This document shows positions 37,547-46,225 of a stretch of DNA of 64,000 nt, piece by piece. Below the pieces are notes generated by a model. That model was not told where the DNA came from. It saw nothing but the letters and a program-made list of their open reading frames with translations, and ran no database searches. The stretch is from the NCBI GenBank assembly GCA_965601925.1, contig OZ271854.1, positions 1,920,001-1,984,000 on the forward strand, read 5' to 3'. Position numbers and translations under genes: made by a program. Source of the stretch: Alkalispirochaeta sp. GTDB taxonomy: Bacteria; Spirochaetota; Spirochaetia; DSM-27196; Alkalispirochaetaceae. Position 1 is the stretch's first letter, and the number at the start of each line of letters is the position of its first letter.

Positions 37547-38371
37547 TTAGAGCATCTTCATACTGCCCCTATACATCGCGACGTCGAGTACGAGTATCAT
37601 GGCGCCCTGTTTTTTGTCGAGATCGCCGGTGATATCCTCTATCCCGGCTATGAGATCGTCAACGTGCTCTTCCGGTACCATCGCCATAATCGTTTTACTA
37701 TGATGTTTACTTTCGTTCATGAAGCCGATGAAATCGGCAAAAAGGGGAACGTTTGAGATGTAATGGCCCATACCGGCCGAGTCGATGATGGTCGCCCCTT
37801 CAATCCCCTCTTCGATAAAGAGCTCGAGTATGCGATAGAGAAAATCCTCGATGTAGAGATTGACCATCACGAGCTTCATGATGCGCGTGTGATTGTCCGC
37901 GTTGCGCTCCGTTTGAGTGTTGCGTAGGAACGCCTCGTAGAGCGCCGTCTCGCTTCTGGCCGCCAACAGCTCCCGTTTCAGGTTGGTGTGGCTCAGGGCT
38001 CGCGATACGAATGCCAGGATTTTGAGATGGTCGGTTACTGCATCGACCGGCCCTAAGATGATGAAAAACAGCTTCACCCGTTTCTTGTCCAGCGCCTCAA
38101 AGTCGACCCCGCGCGGCGAGCTGATGATGAAGAGCAAGAAACGGTCGAGACTCTCCAGTCGCGCATGGGGAATGGCGATCTCGTTGCCGAATGCCGTTGA
38201 CCCCTGACTCTCGCGTTCGGCGAGGGCCGTCCTGATTGTCTCCGGTGCGACGCCCGAGGCCGCCTCGCTTGCCACGGCGAGCTCGGCGATACGGCTGAGC
38301 ATCTCATCCTTATTGCGCGCATCTACTTGTACGCGACAACTGCGCTTTTCGAATATTTCGTAGAGATTCAT
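37547..38371 (-). CDS. PTS EIIA (Fru/Ntr-type) domain fused to a PII-like domain
   Basis: ERESQGSTAFGNEIAIPHAR with the phospho-His; C-terminal MKLVMVNL...GIEGATIIDSAGMG...SKTIMAMV...GAMILVLDV resembles the PII fold. Confidence 0.85.
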   Translation of the reverse strand: MNLYEIFEKRSCRVQVDARNKDEMLSRIAELAVASEAASGVAPETIRTALAERESQGSTAFGNEIAIPHARLESLDRFLLFIISSPRGVDFEALDKKRVKLFFIILGPVDAVTDHLKILAFVSRALSHTNLKRELLAARSETALYEAFLRNTQTERNADNHTRIMKLVMVNLYIEDFLYRILELFIEEGIEGATIIDSAGMGHYISNVPLFADFIGFMNESKHHSKTIMAMVPEEHVDDLIAGIEDITGDLDKKQGAMILVLDVAMYRGSMKML

Positions 38372-39660
38372 GCGTGTACCTCCCGCATCTCGTTGCCGCG
38401 GATAATTGCAAAGCGCGACAACGGCGGCCCGATGAGTTCATTGACGAACACCGACAGAAGGATGATGTTCACCAACGTGGCGACGAGCGGTTGATACTGA
38501 GCCGGCAAAGTCGCCATCGCCGGAGAGGCCTCGATGAGTAAGACCAGTCCGATCGCCACGCCGGCCTGCGGCAACATACAAATTCCGAGATAGTTGCGTA
38601 TCGCCGCCGACGTTTTTGCGATACGACATCCGACCCATACCCCACCGTACTTGCCGATTGCGCGGGCGACGATATAGGCCCCGCCGAGGATGAGAATCTG
38701 CGGGTCGACGAGGACGGACGGATTGAGTTCCGTACCGGCAATGACGAAGAACAGTGCGTAAATCGGCGGCGAAAGGGGCCGGAGAACGCGAAAGATACGG
38801 TAGTTGTCCGGCGACAGGTTGATGATCACCGCACCGGCGGTCATGTTGGCCAGAAGCGGCGACAAGTTGAAGACGATCGCCGCCGCGGTGGCGAAGAAGA
38901 GGACGCCGAGGCTCGTAATGAGGACTTCGTTCTGGTTGCTGCGGCGGCGCGCAAAGATGTGGATCGCCGCACCGGTCGCTATCCCTAAGAGAATCGAGAA
39001 TCCGACCTCCGACAGCGCGTGAAGTACGATTCCGGCCGCCCCGTGTCCGCCTCCCGTCGCGTGGGCCGCATCCATCGCGGCGTGGGCGGCGCCGACGGCC
39101 GCTCCCGCGTCGGCGAGAACGCTACTGGCAACGGCGAAGACCACGCCGAAGAGAATAACCGCTCCCGCGTCGTCCAGCGCAACGACGCCGTAGAGATAGT
39201 CGACGAATGTACCTTGAGCGCGCAAACCCTGGACGATCGCTACCGTCGCCGCCGGTGCGGTGGCCGCGGCGATCGCGCCCAGGAGGAGGGCAAACGGAAG
39301 GGGCATCTGCAGCAGTGCGAGAGCGATGGACACTGCCAAAAACGAGGCGGCGAGTTGCACGGCCGTTACGATGACGATCGCCCGTCCGAGGCGCTTCAAC
39401 TTCACCCACGAGAACTCGCCGCCGATCGTAATCGCGATGAGACCCAATGCCACCTCGGTAACGAGTCCCAGACCTTCGTCTATTTCGTGCGGTATCACCC
39501 CGAGAATCGACTCTCCGGCAAGGAGCCCCGCGACGATGTAACCGGTTATCTCGGGAAGTCGTACCCGATTCGCCAGCTTCCCGATGAGGAATCCCAATAG
39601 CAGTAGAGTCCCCAGGGAAAACAACGCATGCTGTGCAAACAGTTCGCGAAGAGCTTCCAC
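38368..39660 (-). CDS. cation:proton antiporter (CPA superfamily)
   Basis: About 12 TMs; LPEITGY, ATAPAAT, VALDD, FFVIAG, ARAIGK, PQAGVAIGL. Confidence 0.9.
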   Translation of the reverse strand: MEALRELFAQHALFSLGTLLLLGFLIGKLANRVRLPEITGYIVAGLLAGESILGVIPHEIDEGLGLVTEVALGLIAITIGGEFSWVKLKRLGRAIVIVTAVQLAASFLAVSIALALLQMPLPFALLLGAIAAATAPAATVAIVQGLRAQGTFVDYLYGVVALDDAGAVILFGVVFAVASSVLADAGAAVGAAHAAMDAAHATGGGHGAAGIVLHALSEVGFSILLGIATGAAIHIFARRRSNQNEVLITSLGVLFFATAAAIVFNLSPLLANMTAGAVIINLSPDNYRIFRVLRPLSPPIYALFFVIAGTELNPSVLVDPQILILGGAYIVARAIGKYGGVWVGCRIAKTSAAIRNYLGICMLPQAGVAIGLVLLIEASPAMATLPAQYQPLVATLVNIILLSVFVNELIGPPLSRFAIIRGNEMREVHA

Positions 39661-39912
39661 TCATTCCACTATAGAAGAGAGTGCGCCACCTGTTCCAGGG
39701 GGGTGAGTCGCCGCGCGACGTTCGAGATGGGGGCTTGATTCGTTAGTAACGCCTCGCACCATCATCGCGACACCTTGAAAGGAACCTGCAAATGTGAATT
39801 ACCGATGCGTCGTAAACGGCGAGTCAGGACGGATGGTTTAGCACTATACGATATGTTCGGATTCGGTCGGCGTCGTGTTGCCAGGTAGTTGCAGTTGGCA
39901 TAACATTATGTA

Positions 39913-40374
39913 GTGTTGGTTTTTGCGTCGTTCTGGACACTGGGTTTCCTCATCGGCAATCTTACGGGACTCAGTGCGAGTCCCCTCGCATTGTCACTGA
40001 TACCGCTGCTGTTTACGTTTGCGGGCGGATCAGCAATCGCATTGATTCGTAATATGGATGAGTCGACTCGACGTGTTGCCTTGGTTTCAATTCTTGCTTT
40101 GGCTTGCGGCTGCATCTTTGGGGTTTATACCGGCATCCTTGTAAATCAACATCAGATTCTCTCACCGAGCAACGAACAACACAACGCATCACCGACGCCC
40201 AGTAGTACAACTCAGAGAGACCCGAACGCTGGCCGCGCGAGCTACTATTTGAAGTCAATTACAGCGCCCTCCGTAGTCCATATTCATCAGCTTTACTCAA
40301 CTGGCGGCATAACATCGGAAGAAGCGTACCAACGTCTACGGGACTACCTTGCGGAGACCAATGGTGATCAATAA
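39913..40374 (+). CDS. hypothetical 3-TM membrane protein (low-GC islet; start uncertain)
   Basis: Three hydrophobic segments and a polar tail; no SD; in-frame stop at 39901. Confidence 0.6.
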   Translation: MLVFASFWTLGFLIGNLTGLSASPLALSLIPLLFTFAGGSAIALIRNMDESTRRVALVSILALACGCIFGVYTGILVNQHQILSPSNEQHNASPTPSSTTQRDPNAGRASYYLKSITAPSVVHIHQLYSTGGITSEEAYQRLRDYLAETNGDQ

Positions 40375-42217
40375 CAAACTGTCTTGCGTCTATCTGTGCA
40401 TGCTGGTCTCGTTTGTAGTTTGGTCGAATGATCCAAGCGATGCGATCGTCAGGATCGCGGCGACAAGAAGCGGTCCCGACCTTATCGAGACCGGGACAGG
40501 TGTTTACATTTCTATACGTGGACATGTTCTAACTGCGTATCACGTCATTCAAGGCTCTAACAGCATCGTCGTGCTGGATTCGTTTTCCGAGACTCACAAC
40601 GACGTTGTCGTGGAGTATGTTGATCCTGCACATGATTTGGCAATTCTGCGAGTCAGAACCGCTCGTCGTGACTTTCCACATGTTGCGCTCGCCAATCACG
40701 TCCCGGGACCATCGGAGGACCTGTCATATTTTGGTTTCCCGAACGGCGGAGGTCTGGTGCAGTTGATGGGTCGAACAACGGCAGATAGCTATGTCCGGTC
40801 CACGAGTATTTGGGACCAGAGAGACGGTCAACCAATCCAGATTTTCCGGCAGGAAATTGACGTAATCGGTGTCGACGGTACGATTTATCCCGGCGTCAGC
40901 GGCGCGCCGCTAATCTCTGAACTGGGAGTTGTCGGTATAGTTGCAGGCAGCCTTAACAATGGCGGCGGCATAGGATGGGCAATTCCAGTAAAACACATTT
41001 CGAGTTGGCGCAACAACTCACGAAGAACTCTGGGAAGCTACAACCCAACGGCAGATCAGGTCCGAAATTGGCCACCTATGAGTCTTTTCGTTGAGGAGTA
41101 CGAGCGTTCAACAAGCCTTGGTTCAGAGGATACTACGCTTCTTGGCATTCTCCATCTCATAGATCAAGAGGTAGTCGTATTAGAAGAGGTGCTTTTTGAT
41201 TTAACTAGCAATTTCACAAATTTTCACGCGAGTTACCTTCTGTTTCAAGAACGGGTACGGCTTGCCGATGGCAACACAGATCTTCTGCTGCGAATCTATG
41301 CGGAAGATCATATGCACGAGTTGATAGGTCTTGGTGCGCGAATCCAAGCACAGATGACAGGCTTGAGTAGCTCCCTGTTGACATTAAGCCGGCAAACGCA
41401 AACAGCAGCGACGAGAATTGAGAGTCGTGATGCGATCGGAAGAGAACTTTGGTTGACTATGGCTATTCGACTACGACAACTTGAATCGGAGTGGGGGGAT
41501 ATTGATTGGCCGATGGTCGTGCCGCGAACCGACGCCGAGCAGTCAACACTACTGCAACTGATGAGCAGTCGACACATGATCGACACTGCACTTCTCGAGC
41601 TGGACTCTGGTTCCGTAACAGAAGCTATGCAGGCGACTCTGTCCGGGTTGGAAAGCATCAACATATTGGCAGAAGATTGGCTTGCAAAGCCTTGGTGGTC
41701 GATTGAGACAGTTCACTATTTTGAAGCGACATTAGATACATTGCGGCGAGGCGTCTACAGACCAAGGAGCGTAGAGGCAGTTGCCATCACGACCGGGGTC
41801 GCTCCGCCGATTGAAACACTATGTCAACGTGTTGATGCGATCAAGTACTATCTTTCGGAAAATCCCGATCATCTATTGGGGCGCCGGCTTCCCGAATTTG
41901 GCGAACGCCAGTTCGAGTCGACAATTTCGGTGCCAGGTACACTTATAAACACCGTTAACATGAACTTCACACCACCTTGGTTCTTGGCTGCACTAACCCA
42001 GACGACGAGTAGAAACACAATAGATCTTCGCTTCGACGAATGGCAGCGCTCAATTCGCTCGTGTGCTCCCGGTGCGCGCCGCTCGACAAACGAAGATAGT
42101 CCGTTTGTCAGCTCTGTCATGTACAGTGATGATCGTTTTGACCACATTCTTTCTAAAATGATTGCTCGTGACGATTCAAGCAGCCACAGAATACTGCTCA
42201 TTATTAGACCACGATAG
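40361..42217 (+). CDS. exported trypsin-like (S1) serine protease with long C-terminal region of unknown fold
   Basis: Signal-like N-terminus; LTAYHV (His), DLAILR (Asp), PGVSGAP (Ser); overlaps the upstream ORF end. Confidence 0.8.
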   Translation: MVINNKLSCVYLCMLVSFVVWSNDPSDAIVRIAATRSGPDLIETGTGVYISIRGHVLTAYHVIQGSNSIVVLDSFSETHNDVVVEYVDPAHDLAILRVRTARRDFPHVALANHVPGPSEDLSYFGFPNGGGLVQLMGRTTADSYVRSTSIWDQRDGQPIQIFRQEIDVIGVDGTIYPGVSGAPLISELGVVGIVAGSLNNGGGIGWAIPVKHISSWRNNSRRTLGSYNPTADQVRNWPPMSLFVEEYERSTSLGSEDTTLLGILHLIDQEVVVLEEVLFDLTSNFTNFHASYLLFQERVRLADGNTDLLLRIYAEDHMHELIGLGARIQAQMTGLSSSLLTLSRQTQTAATRIESRDAIGRELWLTMAIRLRQLESEWGDIDWPMVVPRTDAEQSTLLQLMSSRHMIDTALLELDSGSVTEAMQATLSGLESINILAEDWLAKPWWSIETVHYFEATLDTLRRGVYRPRSVEAVAITTGVAPPIETLCQRVDAIKYYLSENPDHLLGRRLPEFGERQFESTISVPGTLINTVNMNFTPPWFLAALTQTTSRNTIDLRFDEWQRSIRSCAPGARRSTNEDSPFVSSVMYSDDRFDHILSKMIARDDSSSHRILLIIRPR

Positions 42218-42325
42218 TGTGTCCGTTGATAGTACCAAGCGTCGTAGCGTGACCTATGGCTGCATTGGATTAGCCACTTACCTATTGAGTCGCTAAGACT
42301 AACTCCTATGGTAATAGTGACAAGC

Positions 42326-42407
42326 GCGACTTCAGGCCGGTTGCGAACCGCAGGGACGTAGTCCCGAGGACCGCAACCTCTTAGGCGTGCTGAGTGCTCG
42401 GAGTCGC
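42326..42407. repeat. nested palindromic element
   Basis: GCGACTTC..GGTTGCG..GGGAC-GTA-GTCCC..CGCAACC..GGAGTCGC. Confidence 0.6.
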
Positions 42408-42455
42408 CCCCTTCCCGCGATCTAATACAAACACGAGTATTCGAAGATGCGTCGT

Positions 42456-43838
42456 TTATACCATTTTCGACGGGTCCAACAGCTCAGATACTTTCGCTGC
42501 CGGAAGGAGCCCGCTCTCCAACACCACGTCTCGAATCTTGCGCTTCTCGCGATACGCGGTATAGGCGAGCTTGGAAGCCTGGTCGTACCCGATCTCGGTG
42601 GCCAACGGCGTCACCAGCGCCAGCGACCACTCGATCCAGTACTCCAAACGTTCGCGGTCCGCTTCCAGTCCGGCTATCCCACGATCGGCGAGGACGCGGC
42701 ACGTGTTGGCCAAGATATCGATCGAGCTGAGCGTCTCCAACGCAATAAGCGGATTCATCATGTTGAGCTCCAAGGGACCGTTTTGTCCCGCGATTGTCAC
42801 GCTCACCGCCTTACCGTTGACATAGGCGGCGACCTGGATGACCATCTCCGGAATAACCGGGTTGACTTTGCCCGGCATGATGGAGCTTCCGGGTTGCAGG
42901 CTCGGCAGGACGATCTCGCCGAGGGCCCCCCTGGGGCCGCTCGCCAACAGGCGCAGATCGTTCGCGATCTTCATCAAGCTCGTGGCCAGAGTGTTGAGCG
43001 CTCCCATAAGCTCTACTTGGGCGTCGCGGCTCGCAATCGCCTCAAATTTGTTGGGAGCACTCCTGAACGGGAGCCCCGTGTCGGCCGCTATTCCCGCGGC
43101 CACCGCGTCGGGAAAGTCGGGATGGCAGTTGATGCCGGTGCCCAGGGCCGTCCCGCCGAGCGCCAGCTCCTCGAGGTTGGCGAGGGTGTTCCGTATTCTG
43201 CCGTGCGCCTTCTCGATCTGGACCGCGTAGCCGGAGAACTCTTGGCCGAGGGTCATCGGCACGGCGTCCTGGAGGTGTGTCCTCCCCAGCTTTACGATTT
43301 CGCCGAACGCCCTCTCCTTGTCACGAAGCGCGTGCGCCAGATGGTCTACCGCGGCGAGGAGCGTTTCGGCCTCGACACGATTTGCGATGTGGATCGCCGT
43401 GGGGATCACGTCGTTGGACGACTGTCCCCGGTTGACGTGGTCGTTGGGGTGAACGGGACTGCGCGTACCGCGGTCCTGACCGAGTATCTCGTTGGCGCGG
43501 TTTGCGATGAGTTCGTTCGTATTCATGTTCCAACTCGTCCCGCTTCCGGTCTGAAAGACGTCGATCGGATAGTGGTCGTCCCACGTGCCGTCATATACCT
43601 CGGCGGCGGCGCGCTGAATTGAATCGGACAGCGTTGCGTCGATGAGGCCGAGATCGCCGTTGACCTTCGCGGCGTTCTTTTTGATGAGGGCGAGGGCGCG
43701 AATCATCGCTGTGGGAATCCGCATGGGACTGACTCCGAAGTTCTCGACGGCACGTTGCGTCTGTGCGCCCCAGTACGCCCACTCGGGGATCGTCACTTGG
43801 CCCATCGAATCCGACTCGTATCGCACCTGTTGGCTCAT
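42456..43838 (-). CDS. fumC: class II fumarate hydratase
   Basis: QTGSGTSWNMN, SSND, GRTHLQDA, GSSIMPGKVNP; SD AAGGAG. Confidence 0.92.
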   Translation of the reverse strand: MSQQVRYESDSMGQVTIPEWAYWGAQTQRAVENFGVSPMRIPTAMIRALALIKKNAAKVNGDLGLIDATLSDSIQRAAAEVYDGTWDDHYPIDVFQTGSGTSWNMNTNELIANRANEILGQDRGTRSPVHPNDHVNRGQSSNDVIPTAIHIANRVEAETLLAAVDHLAHALRDKERAFGEIVKLGRTHLQDAVPMTLGQEFSGYAVQIEKAHGRIRNTLANLEELALGGTALGTGINCHPDFPDAVAAGIAADTGLPFRSAPNKFEAIASRDAQVELMGALNTLATSLMKIANDLRLLASGPRGALGEIVLPSLQPGSSIMPGKVNPVIPEMVIQVAAYVNGKAVSVTIAGQNGPLELNMMNPLIALETLSSIDILANTCRVLADRGIAGLEADRERLEYWIEWSLALVTPLATEIGYDQASKLAYTAYREKRKIRDVVLESGLLPAAKVSELLDPSKMV

Positions 43839-43933
43839 GGCTGATTGTTCTCCTTCAGGAAAAATCGTCGATCGACCCCTTTCCGGTTTCGAAAGAGCGT
43901 TCGTATATTACGAAATACTAACGGGAGAACTGA

Positions 43934-44845
43934 ATGGCAAACATCGCGATCATCGGCGCCGGAAACGTCGGCGCAAATACCGCCTTCTTCATCGCCGAAC
44001 GAAACATCGGGAGCGTCGTCATGTACGATGTGGCCGACGGCCTTGCCCACGGCAAGGCGTTGGATATGATGGAGGCCGCCCCTATCCGGGGTTACCAGTA
44101 CGCCATACACGGCACCGACTCCTACGAAGAGGTGCTTGAGACATCGGTCGCCATCCTCGCCGCGGGACAGGTGAGAGAGAGCGGCATGAAGCGCGCCGAT
44201 CTCTTTGCGCGCAACGCCGAGATCGTCGACGACGTGGCGTCCAAGCTTACCGACTATGCCGGGACCGTCGTCATCGCTACAGAGCCGGTCGACCTGATGG
44301 TCATGCGGTTTCAGCAAAAATCGGGCCTTGACCCTCGCCGCATCCTTGGTCTCGGCGGCGTACTCGACAGTACGCGACTGCGTTACGCCATCAGCCGCAC
44401 GCTCGGTGTCACGACCGAAAACGTCTCGGCGACGGTAATTGGGCGCCATTCCAACGATATGATGCCGCTACTCGACTACTGCCGTGTCTCCGGCGTGCCG
44501 CTCGGCGTGTTGATGGAACAGGCGGATCTCGAGCAGATCGTCGAGGAGACGCGGAACGCCGGCGATATCATCGTGGAGATGTCGCAGCGCTCCTCGAGTT
44601 ACTACGGCCCGTCGGCAGCCGCCGCGGATGTGACGCAGGCGCTTTTGTGGGACACCAAACGCGTGTTACCCGTCTCTTTCATATGGGACGGCCAGTACGG
44701 CATCGACGGCGTCGCAATGAGTTTACCGGCCGTCCTGGGCCACGCGGGTATCGAGCGCGTACTTGAACCCAAGCTCACCGACGATCAGGTGACCGCCCTT
44801 CGGGCGTCGGCTGACGAGATAACGGCCAGTTTCGCCACAACGTAG
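43934..44845 (+). CDS. divergent malate/lactate dehydrogenase family protein
   Basis: GAGNVG, VRESGMKRADL and LDSTR present, but TEPVD replaces SNPLD and GRHSN replaces GGHGD. Confidence 0.85.
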   Translation: MANIAIIGAGNVGANTAFFIAERNIGSVVMYDVADGLAHGKALDMMEAAPIRGYQYAIHGTDSYEEVLETSVAILAAGQVRESGMKRADLFARNAEIVDDVASKLTDYAGTVVIATEPVDLMVMRFQQKSGLDPRRILGLGGVLDSTRLRYAISRTLGVTTENVSATVIGRHSNDMMPLLDYCRVSGVPLGVLMEQADLEQIVEETRNAGDIIVEMSQRSSSYYGPSAAAADVTQALLWDTKRVLPVSFIWDGQYGIDGVAMSLPAVLGHAGIERVLEPKLTDDQVTALRASADEITASFATT

Positions 44846-44856
44846 GGGAGAGAAGC

Positions 44857-45795
44857 ATGAGCAAAGTATCGGTCATCGGTGCGGGCAACGTCGGTGCGAC
44901 CGCCGTGTACTATATCGCAGAGAAGAACATCGCGGATATCGTAATGGTGGACGTCGTTCCCGGCATGCCCCAGAGCAAGGCGCACGACTTCATGCACGCC
45001 GCTCCGTCGCGTAACTACAACGTGACGATTGTTGGATCCAACGATTACAAGGCGATTAGGGACAGCGACGTCGTCGTCATGACCGCCGGAATCGCCCGCA
45101 AGCCGGGAATGGATCGGATGGATCTCCTCAAGACCAACGTCAATATCGCCAAGCAGGCTGCGCAGGCGATCGCAACCTATGCTCCCAACGCGTTGGTTAT
45201 CGCGGTGAGCAATCCCCTCGACGTTATCGCCATGGTGTGCCTGAGAGAGAGTGGATTTGCGTTGAAGCGGGTAGTCGGCATGGCCGGTATACTCGATTCG
45301 ACGAGGTTTCGTTATTTTATAGCGGAAAGGCTGGGCGTTCTGCCGCAGGATGTCATGGCGATGGTGCTCGGCGGGCACGGTGATTCCATGGTGCCTATCC
45401 CTCGGTACACCTCGGTGGCCGGGTTTCCCCTCACCGAGCTCTTGGACGAGGTGACGATCGAGCAGCTGGTGGACCGGACCCGCAAGGGAGGCGCCGAGAT
45501 CGTCGCATATCTTAAGAGGGGGAGTGCCTACTACGCACCGGCGGCGAGCGTCGCCAAGATGGTAGAGGCGATGATCAAGAACGAAAAACGGTTCGTTGCG
45601 GCGAGCGCGTACTTGCGCGGCGAATACGGCCATCGAGATATGTTTCTCGGTGTCCCCGTGCTGTTGGGTCGCAACGGCGTAGAGAAGATCTACGAGCTCG
45701 ATCTGACGAGCGGGGAGAAAGCCGCCCTCGATCGGTCAGCAGAGGCCGTCGCCGGCGGTGTCAAAACGTTGGAAGCGATCTATACGCCCGGTTAA
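44857..45795 (+). CDS. mdh: malate dehydrogenase (LDH-like)
   Basis: GAGNVG, RKPGMDRMDL, SNPLD, LDSTR, GGHGD, GSAYYAP. Confidence 0.96.
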   Translation: MSKVSVIGAGNVGATAVYYIAEKNIADIVMVDVVPGMPQSKAHDFMHAAPSRNYNVTIVGSNDYKAIRDSDVVVMTAGIARKPGMDRMDLLKTNVNIAKQAAQAIATYAPNALVIAVSNPLDVIAMVCLRESGFALKRVVGMAGILDSTRFRYFIAERLGVLPQDVMAMVLGGHGDSMVPIPRYTSVAGFPLTELLDEVTIEQLVDRTRKGGAEIVAYLKRGSAYYAPAASVAKMVEAMIKNEKRFVAASAYLRGEYGHRDMFLGVPVLLGRNGVEKIYELDLTSGEKAALDRSAEAVAGGVKTLEAIYTPG

Positions 45796-45840
45796 GGAGT
45801 TTCCTTAAGGCGGGCGGTATGGTGACCTCCGTGGTGTGGT

Positions 45841-45875
45841 GCCGGCCTACATCGTTGATGTAGGCCGGTTTTTTT
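45841..45875 (+). terminator. intrinsic terminator after mdh
   Basis: CCGGCCTACATC-GTT-GATGTAGGCCGG-T7. Confidence 0.9.
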
Positions 45876-46089
45876 GTGCGCCGCCGATCGTGCGTCCGCG
45901 GCGCTGCGCGTCGCGCACCGCTCCGCGCTGCATCGAAATCGACCGGCCGACCGGACGATATTTCACCGTAGTGAGATTTACGCATCCCGCACCACACCGA
46001 AGCGCCCCATGTCTCGGAATTGCCGAGACAACCGACCCATCCGAGTTGCTAACTCAAAAGACGGGCTATTATATTGGGAGAGTACTAAA

Positions 46090-46199
46090 GTAGGGATTCA
46101 ACCATTCGCTCCGTCACCGCGAGGACACTCGCGGGCGACAAGAGGTGTCTTCACCATACAGAGGCACCATCTTCGTCCAGGCAGGTCGATGCGCCCTAC
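46090..46199 (+). promoter_or_regulatory. structured 5' leader candidate of sdhA
   Basis: GTAGGG/CCCTAC closing stem enclosing two hairpins; follows TTGCTA-N18-TATATT. Confidence 0.4.
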
Positions 46200-46225
46200 G
46201 AATATCGCTGTGTCGGAGGAAAACG

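Noticed and set aside
46145..46225. MSSPYRG... as an sdhC remnant or SdhA N-terminal extension
   Set aside because: Only a three-residue resemblance and no TM segment; a strong SD supports the TTG 46226 start.
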